DNA from: Podarcis cretensis | Taxonomy: Eukaryota | Direction of reading: 5' to 3' | DNA length: 64,000 bases | Assembly: GCA_951804945.1 (NCBI GenBank) | Contig: OX638149.1 | Coordinates: 31,372,001 to 31,436,000, forward strand | Part shown: positions 1-10,230 of the stretch, one piece after another | How the letters are laid out: every line of letters begins with the position of its first letter | Position numbering within the stretch: the stretch's first letter is position 1 | The notes under the pieces: generated by a model | Database searches by the model: none | What the model was told of the DNA's origin: nothing | The model's input: the letters and a program-made list of their open reading frames with translations, nothing else | Program-made: the position numbers and the translations under genes

Positions 1-414
1 TTAAAAAAGTTTAAATTGTAAACTGTCTTGAATGCCCAGGCAAAAATGCAACATATAAATGGAATAAATAAATAAGCAAATAAAACTACCTATGTTACTA
101 GATCCATGTGGCATTCTGGGTTGAAGTATCAATATAATACACCTTGCAAGTTCACATACTTAATGTTATTACTGTGCCATTTGTGCACAAACCTGGAGGG
201 TTTTACTTATGTTGTAAAATATTCGCGGTCAAAGTTACAAAGCAGACTTTGAATGAAAATGTCGCTGTTGATGATGATGTTACAAATATTGAATTCCAGC
301 AAAATACTGTTTGAACTCTTTATTAGAACTCTTTAACTATCCAGTCTGGATAGTTAGCCTTGGTGAAGACTTGATGTTTTCATCCTAAAAAAAGTTTTTG
401 ATTTGAGTTTCCAT

Positions 415-547
415 TGAAATGAGGCTGTATTTTAATATTTTAATGTTGTATTTTGATCTTGTTTTTAAGTTGAATTTCAATCAATTTGTTTTTATATCGG
501 GTGTTAGCCACCCTGAGCCCAGTCTAGGCTGGGGAGGGCGGGTATAA

Positions 548-595
<48 letters not shown>

Positions 596-597
596 AT
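415..597 (+). mobile_element. L2-type LINE 3' end with (ATT)n tail
   Basis: gtgttagccaccctgagccc...ggggagggcgggtataaat followed by about 15 ATT units, the same tail architecture as the L2 copy at 33.5 kb. Confidence 0.55.
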
Positions 598-683
598 TAC
601 CTGTATTGATCCTAGAAAATTAAGGAAGGAAAGAAATTTAGGTGGTTTCCTTTGTGAAGTCATGAAGAGGATGAATTCTTTTA

Positions 684-1035
684 CAGTGGTGCCTCGCAAG
701 ACGAAATTAATCCATTCCGCGATTCTCTTCATCTAGCGGTTTTTTCGTCTTGCGAAGCAAGCCCATTGACGGCTTAGTGGCTTAGCGCTATTAGCGGCTT
801 AGTGGCTTTTAGCGGCTTTTAGCGGCTTATCACTTTAGCGGATAAGCAGATAAGCAGCTTAGCGGCTTAGAAAAAGGGGGGGAGGAAAAAAAAGTCGGAA
901 AAACTCGCAAGACATTTCGTCTTGCGAAGCAAGCCCATAGGGAAATTCGTTTTGCGAAGCGCCTCCAAAACGGAAAACCCTTTCGTCTAGCGGGTTTTCC
1001 GTCTTGCGAGGCATTCGTCTTGCGGGGCACCACTG
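684..1035. mobile_element. Tc1/mariner (pogo/Tigger-like) MITE, family A
   Basis: TIRs CAGTGGTGCCTCGCAAGACGAA / TTCGTCTTGCGGGGCACCACTG flanked by TA duplication; second copy at 40096. Confidence 0.85.
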
Positions 1036-1080
1036 TACTTGTTATGTGAATATAGAAGTTGAATTTATCATGCTAAGAAC

Positions 1081-1213
1081 TAGAGCATGAGACTCTTAAT
1101 CTCAGGATTGTAGGTTCAAGCCCCATGTTGGGCAATAGATCCCTGCATTGCCGGGGGTTGGACTAGATGACTCTTGTGGTCCCTTCCACCACTACAATTC
1201 TATGATTCTATGA
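1081..1213 (+). mobile_element. SINE with tRNA-Lys(CTT)-derived head and CR1 3' tail
   Basis: tagagcatgagactcttaatctcagg..ggttcaagccccatgttgggc matches tRNA-Lys(CTT); tail ggttggactagatga...(ATTCTATG)n is shared with the CR1 3' end at about 2900-2970. Confidence 0.8.
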
Positions 1214-1964
1214 ACTGCAGGGAACAAAACTCTCCCTTCCAAGCTGCTCCCTAAATGCATAGGATCCTCCTAAGGAGGTTAAGAGGTAGTGAATGGCCCA
1301 AGTTCAGCTAGTGAGCTTCATGGCTGATGGGGGATTTAAACTCCCATCTTCCTGGGTCTAACCACTACACCACACTGTCTCTGACTTTCCATGAGCAGCC
1401 ACAGATGTAGATGCTGGCCATAGCTGTGATCCTCATCCACTTCCCATATGAGCATGTATCAGGGGAAAACCAGGCCTGTTCACGTGGATCGGAAGAGCTG
1501 TTTTTTTTAATTTATGCTTTATATTATGAATGGTAAACATTCTTGAGTGTTGTTGTTTTTTCAAATCAAATTGTGTACTTATGCTGAAAGTTTTTATAAT
1601 GAGATGCATTGTATAAATCAAAACATAAATCTTTATTTCTGACACTGTGCTTTTCACAGAACAAATAATTTGTTGGGCTAGTTTACCAACTAATATAACA
1701 AATTACATTTACATGCTATATTTTTCTTTTGCCATTTAGAAAATTCATGGTAATCAGGGTTTTTTTATTTGTTTGTTTTTTAAGTTGTTGTAAATGTTCA
1801 AACTGGTTATCAACTCTTGCTCTAAAGTGTAACTCACAAAAACTTAATTTAGTTTTTTTCTAAGCAGTTTAGAGTTTCAGAATTGTGCAACAGTGTGTTG
1901 CAACAATGCCATGGGAGGGGCAGAGGGGCAGTGATCCTGGGCGCAAAATTCTGAGAGGGCCACA

Positions 1965-2972
1965 ACCAGGTATGGCTGCATAAGGAGCTTACAGATGAGC
2001 TGAGATTTAAGAAGGGCATATATAATGGAAGAAAAAGGAAATAATGAAGGAAGAGTATATGTAAATAGCCAACAGATGCAAGGAGAATGTCAGGTGGGAC
2101 AAAGCTCATAATGAGCTCAGAATTGCAAGAGAGGTTAAAAAAAATAGTTTCTTTGGCTATGTCTGAAGCAAGAGGAAGAAAAAGCAAGTTGTAGGTCCTC
2201 CGTGTGGGGAAGACAGAGAAATGATAATGGGTGACAGAGAGAAGATGGAACTGCTCAACACATTCTAAGATTCTGTCTTCACCCAAAAGGAAAGCAGTGC
2301 TTAATCTGGTGATGACAGAATAAATGATGTAAGGAGGGAGCTGCAGCCAAGAAAGGAAAAGAGGTGGCAAGGGAACACCTAGCTACTTTAAATGAATTCA
2401 AATCTCCAGGGCCTGGGGAGCTTCACCCAAAGGTACTAAAGGAGCTTGCAGATGTAATCTCAGAGCCTCTGTCTATAATACTTGAGAATTCTTGGAGAAC
2501 AGGTGAGGTTCCTGCAGACTGGAGGCAGGTAAATGTTGTCCCCATCTTCAAAAAGGAGGGGAAAGAAGACCCAGGTGACTACTGACCGGAGTTGGGTATG
2601 TTTAGCCTGGATAAAAGGAAAGTGAGAGGAGATATGATAGCCACCAGATCTCTAAAGGGCTGTGACATGGAAGATGGTGCAAGCTTGTATTCTCCAGCTC
2701 TGGAGGCTAGGACCTGAACCAATGGATTCAAGTTACAAGACAGGAGATTCTGATTAACACCAGGAAGAACTTTCTGAAGGTAAGAGTTGTTCAACAGCGG
2801 AATGGACTCCCTTGGAAGGTAGGTGGTGAACTCCCTTGGAGCTTTTTAAGCAGAGGTTGTATAGTCATCTGTCATGTATGATCTAGTTGTGATTCCCGCA
2901 TTGCAGGAGGAGGTTGGATTAGGTGACCTCGGGGTCCCTTCGAACCCTACAATTCTATGATTCTACAATTCT
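1965..2972 (+). mobile_element. CR1 LINE fragment (degraded ORF2, internally deleted, with 3' tail)
   Basis: ORF 2364-2585 gives KSPGPGELHPKVLKELADVISEPLSIILENSWRTGEVPADWRQVNVVPIFKK, the CR1 pre-RT motif; ends in ATTCTATG-type repeats. Confidence 0.9.
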
Positions 2973-3789
2973 ACTTCCCAGTTTGAGTGTGAGGCCTAAT
3001 TCACTTATGTTTGCTGCCCTAGCCTATTCTTACTGACAGATCTTTCAGCCGTGCTACTGGCTAGAGCAGTCTGTTTGGGCGACTCAAGGAAAAGCAAGCA
3101 AGGTGATGGTGTTGGGGAAGGAGTTCCCATCTTCTGCCTGAGCCCTGCCCTCTCTCATTTCTCGCACTCTGGAATTCTACCTACTCCAGTTCCGAAAACA
3201 CTTCGCAGACCCCCTTATCAGAATTCAGCATGGTAAAAAGCTGTTTTTAATCCTCCCCATATCTCCCTTATTTCTCCCCCTTGCCAAGCTGGCTGGGCTG
3301 TAATGTTTCCCTCCACGTAATCCATCACAGACACCATGTCGCTTGTGCAAATTAAAATGCACCTTGGAATAATAAAAAGGGGGCCTTCACCCCCCCTTTC
3401 TTTTCCAGCAGCAGCACCTAAACACCATCCATTTGTCTCAGAGCAGGAATTCAAAGAAGTTAACCCCCTGCGTGCTTCCCTGGGGGGAAGGTGTGTGTGC
3501 CCACCTGGTGTGGGGTCAGCCAGTGTTGACCACACTCCAGCAGATTTGGACAAGTACGAGGCTAACACTATAAGCTAAGAATGAGCAACATAGCTGCTCT
3601 CCCTTTCAATTGCTTCTGTGCTGGTCACTTAGCATAAAAGAAAGAGTCGACTATCACTTCACTTTAGTAGAATCATTAGCCATGCAGATTACTTTTCACA
3701 GTGCATTAAGTTGCACATGTAGCTCATATTCTTGGATCTCAATATGGAAGCTGGACCTCTGCTGGTATGGCTGTCAGTATTTCTTAGAT

Positions 3790-4195
3790 TTGAGGATGGG
3801 AGATTTGATCCAGTTCACACTTAAAGGTGAACCTGCCTGATTTTCAGTTCCCGAAACAACATGCCAACCAAAACAGAGCAATCCATTGGATTTTGCAATG
3901 TTTGGATTTTGCAATGCAGTTTTCCAGTCAAGCCATTTGTATGAAAATGTGTATACTAGGGTAAAGTGAGTATTAAAATGCATAGCAAATATCATGTACA
4001 AAATAGTATGCGCAATTGCTTTGCAAAAATTAGGCAAAATTTCATACAAAAATGTGTCTATTAGGAGAAATTCGCACAAAAATGCTGATGAGTTCATGAA
4101 GATCTTTTTTTAAAAATGCAAACTGATGCAGAAATGTGTGGAACTAAAGATTGGGAAAATGAGAAACTGAGAAGACCTGAAATTGATAGGGCCAC
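3790..4195 (+). mobile_element. Old, about 400-bp non-autonomous DNA element (hAT-like), family H
   Basis: Core ttttgcaatgcagtt(c/t)tccag.caag...aaaatgcata shared with copies at 18285, 35133, 44802, 59359 and 61390. Confidence 0.6.
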
Positions 4196-4594
4196 ACATG
4201 TCTACATATATCTGAAAAGCAGAGTTCTAGACAGTTATATGAGCAGGCCAGCAGAGTGCATGTTAGAAATGTAGAAATATCACTGAAGTAGCATGGATAG
4301 GCTCTGAAGGCTAACATAGGGAGCAACCAGGTGCAGAGGAGTAGGAGCAGGGGAGGGGTCATGTGCCTTTAAAGCAGGGCTGGCTGAAAAGGTGCTCCTT
4401 TTGCTGCTCAAGGTGAAGGACAAAATGGCAGCCTCTTCCATTCTGCATACAGATATCCACTGTATAGGCAGTTGAATCTTACTTATTTTATTTCTCATGT
4501 TACTTAATATACCAATTAGCCCTAAGTCTCTAAATGGCACACAGAGTTAATATTAGTTAAAATTAGTCATAAAATCGGGGTGGGGTAGGGAACT

Positions 4595-4975
4595 TACTTA
4601 AAATGCCTGCTGAAATGAAAACAGCTTTCATTTGAGGCATTCACCACGAAGGAGGCTTGTCTGATCTCAGACAGAAGGAAGTCAACAGTGCCTCCCCTGA
4701 AGTCACCAGGGATGAGGTAGGAATATAAGGGATCAGGTGGTCTATAAGGTACCTTGGATCCAAGTTGTTAAAAGCCAGGTAAATGAATGGAAGAACCTTA
4801 AGCTTGGTCCAGTAGCCTATGGGCAGCCAGTGCTTTTAAGCACTAGGGTTATGTGCTCCTGGTAGTCTTTCCCCATCAACAGTCTAACCAAAACATTTTG
4901 CTCCAGCTGGAACTTCTGGACTAGGCCTAAGGGTAGGCCTGTCTAGAGTGTTACAATTATCCTGAGGTACCATTG
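4595..4975 (-). mobile_element. Old L2 LINE fragment
   Basis: Reverse-complement similarity to the L2 ORF2 C-terminal region seen intact at 33850-34300. Confidence 0.5.
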
Positions 4976-5776
4976 AGGCATCTAATCATAAGCCTGCATT
5001 TTTATCAAGCTTATATTTTGATCAGGGCCTGTATCTTAAAATGAGCTTAAAGATTTTCAAATGTTCATGCCAGGCAGAAGAGCAGCTGCCTAAGAACCTT
5101 GGCAAAATGTTTTTCCTCCTAGACAAGGGGGCCCCCTGATTTATAGCAGAAAACAATTCTCAAAGTAAAAAGGGAATTACAGGCTGACAGCCAAGGTTAC
5201 ACTGACCCTACATATTACAGAAGATAAAAAAAGAGATAAACATAATTAAGAGTGGGTAAATAGTAAAATAAAACCATGTGCCTCCCATTAAACTTGAGCC
5301 ATATTTTCCTAAGGTTCAAAGGTCAAGAGCAATGGAAAAGCATCTAGCTGGCAGAAAGGAAGAGAGTATTTTGGGAAGTCTTTTTCTAAAGTTGTTTCTT
5401 TCTTAAACTGAGATCCTTTTAAGATTTCTTTTCCTTTTAAAAGGTTATTTATGTTATGTATTAAATATATTGGCTTAAATGTAATTATGCAAAGGAATTA
5501 GAAGCTAAGAAATGTTAAATCCTTATGCTAGATTCTTATTTCATATAGTTGGAAGAGATCACAGGGGCCATCAGCCACCAGCCCAGCCCCCCCTGCCAAG
5601 CAGGAAACATCATTAGAGCATTTGTCAAGCTTTTGTTTAGAGACCTCCAAAGGAAGGAGATCTTTCAATGATGATCCTTGACATCTGTTTAAGATAAAAA
5701 TTTGAGATTAAACCATTTGTTTTGGAGGGCAATAGGGCGAGGTGAGCTGGTAATTAAGGTTCCTTGTTGAGACACA

Positions 5777-6140
5777 TGTAAGATATATTACTACTTATTT
5801 GTCATTTATAGATAGAAGAATATATAGCTTTTTGTTTCCCATAAAAGGACAGAAGGAAATGGGTGTATCTTTTGTGATTGGTTCTAGCAAACAGCCAATA
5901 GGAATTTCAACCAGGCTGATTGGACAGAGGCAGCCACAGGAGGAGCAAGGGGGCTGGATTAAGGAAATATAAGTGCTGGCCAGAATGGCAAGAGGCAGGC
6001 CAGAGCTTGGTAACCATATACCACTGTGCCTCATATTTATTTGTCTGACAAATAAATTATTATTTTAATTTCTCTATTGCTGCGTTGAATATTTCATTCC
6101 AGCTAAGCGTTAACCACAAGCAGGGCGCTACACCATCACA
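5777..6140 (+). mobile_element. Possible solo LTR
   Basis: TGTA...TACA/CA ends, three CCAAT/ATTGG boxes, TATAA near 5968, AATAAA near 6051; no clean TSD. Confidence 0.35.
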
Positions 6141-6778
6141 GTGGCCGGGGGTACGTCATGCAGGGGAAGTGGGGGCAAGTCCCACTGCACAAGCAGAAGT
6201 TGTTCCGCTTCTGTATATATTTAGTTGAATATCACCCAATCAGTGTGCCTAAAAATGTGCTGAAGTCTACATCATGGGAGTTTCGCTGGTGTGACAGTGA
6301 ACAGAGAGAGCCAGACCCAGTGTGGATTCCCATTATTTATAATCATTTTTGGAAATGTAGAAATAACACAATCATTTCCAGAATTCTAATTAGGGCTAAT
6401 GAAGAATAATGAGACTGTAACTGTTCCTTCTATATGTCCAGCTGAAGCAAAATGCACAGCTATTTAATTCACATTAGAAGTGGCATTCTGGTAGGCAACA
6501 CAGACTTTAATTCTTTCCTTTCTGGAAGATTTATACAGGGATTCTGAGCATAGTCCGCAGATGGATTCTTCTGCACTGGTCCCATTCCCCAAAGCTTTTG
6601 GGGATTATGTTTACTGGGAAATGTGGTGCAATTCCCTCTTTAGGGAAGGATTATGTACATATTCTCCACAAAGGGTGTGTGTGTGTGTGTGTGTGCATGT
6701 ATGTTTGTATGTATGTGAATGTGACTTCACCCCTGGAGGCATGCTCCACTGTCTCTTGAGACAGACAGAATGCCACTG

Positions 6779-6819
6779 CCAACAACAGCAGCAGCAGCAG
6801 CAGCAGCAACAACAACAAC
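6779..6819 (+). repeat. (CAA/CAG)n microsatellite
   Basis: caacaacagcagcag...caacaacaac, adjacent to a SINE remnant. Confidence 0.9.
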
Positions 6820-6928
6820 TGGAAGCAGCTCTCTGGGGTTTCAGGCAGGAGTCCTCCCCAGTCCTACATGGAGGGGTTGAACCTGGGATCTTTTGCATGC
6901 AAGGCCTGTGTTCTCTTACTGAGCTCCC
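6820..6928 (-). mobile_element. tRNA-Ala-derived squamate SINE fragment
   Basis: Minus strand reads gagctcagtaagagaacaca..cttgcatgcaaaagatcccaggttcaaccc (A and B boxes); homologous copies at 9870, 18920, 28365 and 42117. Confidence 0.6.
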
Positions 6929-6965
6929 ATTGAGTTCCACACAAATGATTGGGACCTGCCTGATA

Positions 6966-7198
6966 CAGTGGTACCTCGGGTTACAGACACTTCAGGTTAC
7001 AGATGCTTCAGGTTACAGACTCCGAAATAGTACCTCAGGTTAAGAACTTTGCTTCAGGATGAGAACAGATCTTGTGCGGCGGTGGCACGGCGGCAGCGGG
7101 AGACCTCATTATCTAAAGTGGTACCTCAGGCTAAGAACAGTTTCAGGTTAAGAACGGACCTCCAGAACGAATTAAGTTCATAACCCGAGGTACAACTG
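6966..7198 (+). mobile_element. Tc1/mariner (pogo/Tigger-like) MITE, family B
   Basis: TIRs CAGTGGTACCTCGGGTTA / TAACCCGAGGTACAACTG with TA TSD; internal TTCAGGTTA repeats; copies at 25905 and 61037. Confidence 0.85.
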
Positions 7199-7450
7199 TA
7201 CATCCACCCAAATATTCCAAATATGTGTCCAGATTCCCTCACAACCCTTACTCTGCCTCCACATCCCTCACACACATGGGCCTTGTCACCTATGCACACC
7301 TACTGCCCAGATTAGAAAGACCTACCCGTTACCTGTCCCATGGATATTTACAAGGTTCCAGCCCTACACATACCAAACTGCCTGGGCACTGCAGACACTG
7401 TGCAAGCTTCTCGTACCAACAGAATACCGAATTATTTGTGGCTTTGACTA

Positions 7451-7531
7451 ATTTGTCGTCAGAAGTCCTAGAGGATATGACTGCACCTAGAGGATTTGTC
7501 GTCAGAAGTCCTAGAGGATATGACTGCACCT
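7451..7531. repeat. Perfect 38-bp direct duplication
   Basis: atttgtcgtcagaagtcctagaggatatgactgcacct at 7451-7488 and 7494-7531. Confidence 0.95.
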
Positions 7532-8955
7532 TTGTTTTTCCATTGTCTAGAAGTTAGGTTCCTTTTCGCTTTAATGGTCCTTTGTGGGTTTATTTCTTGG
7601 CCATTTAACAATAGTGATTTTTGCAGCCTCTCAAAGCTTATTTTCATTTAATATTCATGAGCTCTCCCGTTTCATGTGAGCAGAGCAAGCTTTTAGCCTT
7701 GACATTCTATCCTCTTTTTGTCTCCCCATGTGCCTCCAGACCCTTCGCAGCAGGCAGACAGTTATCTCGATAGCCTTTGGTACAGGACAGTGCCGTAGGT
7801 AGGCTCAGCTGAGCCTCTGGTGTGATGTTATGCCAAGCAGGCCTGCCTCAGAAGATTCACATGGAAACAGGGGCTCCCATAAGATACTCCTGGCACTCCC
7901 ACTGAGGTCAGCAGGTGGAGGCTCCTTTGTGGGTCCTGACCCCAGTCCTGACTTCCTGGGGGATGCTGGGGATTGAACCTGTGGCCTTCTGAACACAAAA
8001 GCTTGTGGTCTATCACTGACTCCTGTCTCAGCCACAGACAATGTGGTGGCTGCTTATAAATGGACTATGGGGCATCTCTTGGGAGGCTGTGTAGAGCCCA
8101 GCCACGTGGTGAGACATACTTTGACCACATCCAGGTCATCTCCCTTTGGTTGTGAGCCTTTCCATGTGGCCAAATGTAAGGTGACCAGAGAGACAAGATC
8201 CCGACTTTGTTGCATGTGCCTAGGATGAATTCACAAAGTTGCCCCCACCCCAGTAAAATGGTCAGCTGCAGGTATCCACTTTTCCCCTCAGTTTCAGGGG
8301 AAGCTGTGGAAGCTGCAGAATATGAATTGTCTCTGTCCAAAAGTGACTTGATATTCTGAGCTCTTTTGAAGCACAGTTCTGTCCTGGAACCAGATCTTGT
8401 TATGTGCCAACTTCATTGCTCTGACAGCATGAAGGATGCTTGGTTTTGTTCCTGCTGCTCTTGACATTCATCATCTTCTTGTAAAGCCAAAACCTTCTGC
8501 TTGCTCCTCACTAGTTTAATGTTCTCCTCCTCTCTCTTTGCCACCAGAGGCTTTTATGACCAGGAAGCAAAAAGTAAACAAAACGTCATGACAGATATGG
8601 GAAAAGCTGTTTGGTACACATGTAATTATTGTCGCTTTTTGCTGAATAATTTGCTGTCATCGGTAAGCAAGGACACCCCACTGCTCACTCTTAGCTCCAG
8701 ATCATTTGAGAACAATTTAAAAATTGTTCCTTATTCATGCAGGAACCGGGAACGCATATCTATATTTGTTATATTCCTCAGGAGTTAAAACTTTGTACTA
8801 AAATGTCAATCTTTCTAGCAGAAAATTCTGGGCGATCTCAAAGTGGCTTGTCCCCCTGTTGTGGAGATTTATGACAGGAAGAAACTCAGAACATATTTTG
8901 GTGTGGGGGGCAATATTAACCTCAATTCCGTATTGAGGTTGCTCACTCAGCTGTG

Positions 8956-9450
8956 TGTCCGAGACTGGGCAGTGGGGGAGGAGTGGTGGAGACCCCCTCC
9001 CCATCCTGACCCTTCCAGGGAGGAGGAAGAGGAAGACAGTATAGATTTACAACAGGGGTTTGTGGGAGGTCGCAGCTCAGAGGCAAATGGGAAAAATTGG
9101 GAAATGGGAGAGGAGGAGCTGGCAGCTGGCTGACACGTTGTCACTAGAAAGCATTTCAGACCCATCATCTCCCAGAACCCGATGAGCCTTAAAAGTAGGA
9201 GAGCAAAGAGCTCAAAGACAGAGGGCACTCAGCGGCCCCCATAGAGGAGGTGATGATGATGACAAATGAGGAAGTGGAAGTGGAAGAGAAGGGGGGCGGG
9301 GTGGAGATTCACTCAGGACAATGCCATTATCCAAGAGGCTGGGTTCTATAGCCTCTCTCTGTAAAGTTTGAAATAAAAAAGGACTGTAAGAAACTCTTTC
9401 TTGTCTTCCTTGTCCTGGGCAACCAGCTGGGAGCTGCTGGCAGCATCCTG
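8956..9450 (+). mobile_element. Solo LTR (Gypsy-like), copy 1
   Basis: Starts TGTC, AATAAA near 9372, ends ...catcctga (3' end eroded); homologous to the copies at 19437 and 23967. Confidence 0.6.
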
Positions 9451-9869
9451 AGTAAGGAACTGAGTAAGGTGTAAGGAACTAATAACCCACTTTAGCCTTA
9501 TTTTGCTTCCAAATAAATATGATTGGTATCACAGTCTTTCTTATAAGGAAGCTGGCATACAATATTTTCTTATCTGAAGGAGGCAAATTGTGTCATCATA
9601 GTGCAAATACTCATCAGTTTCATCTGTCCTACCTTCTTGGTATGATATATCTGCGTCTGCTGCTCTTATCCTCTGAAACTTTTTGTTCTCCCTATTTTCC
9701 ACTTCTCTTAATGCCTTCCAAAGGAAACACAGAAGCTAGCACACTTGTAGGCTATCTGGGGAAAGGTCACTGAGATGGGACAGAAGGGAATGTTATTCCT
9801 GTGCATACCAACTGTCCCTGTTCTCAATTAGCTGCTACACTATTGTGCTGCCTGGAGATTTTAGGAACA

Positions 9870-10185
9870 TGGGGAACTGTCTTATATTGAGTTATATCAT
9901 TGTTCCATCCCACTCTGCATTGTCTACATCAAGGGTGGAGTGTCTGTGGCCCTCCATAGGGTGTATGACTACAACACCCAACATCCTTGACCATGCTAGC
10001 TGGGGCTGATGGGATTTGGAGTTCAGCAACAGTTGGAGGGGCATGGATTCCCCAGTCCTGGTCTGCATTGACTGGCAGTGGCTCTCCAATATTTCAGGCA
10101 TGGTTCTCTTTCAGCCCTACCTGGAGATGCTGGGAATTTCATCTGGGACCTTCTGTATGCAAAGTAAATGATCTACCACTGAGCT
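9870..10185 (-). mobile_element. tRNA-Ala-derived SINE interrupted by a palindromic hAT MITE (9930-10060)
   Basis: SINE head on the minus strand at about 10120-10185; MITE flanked by 8-bp TSD gtctacat/gtctgcat. Confidence 0.7.
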
Positions 10186-10230
10186 TCCTTCCTTCCTTCC
10201 TTCCTTCCTTCCTTCCTTCCTTCCTTCCTT
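10184..10230. repeat. (CCTT)n microsatellite
   Basis: About 11 units, seen directly. Confidence 0.95.

Noticed and set aside
1081-1135. tRNA-Lys, tRNA-Ile (22211) and tRNA-Ala (42260) genes
   Set aside because: They are truncated or mutated cloverleaves fused to LINE-like tails, so they are SINE heads and not functional tRNAs.
6561-7043. 160-aa ORF with poly-Gln (and antisense poly-Cys ORF)
   Set aside because: It is stitched from a (GT)n tract, a (CAG/CAA)n microsatellite, a SINE and a MITE, with no splice or homology support.
7451-7531. CRISPR-like direct repeats
   Set aside because: Only two units with a 5-bp junction in vertebrate DNA; no spacers and no cas genes.
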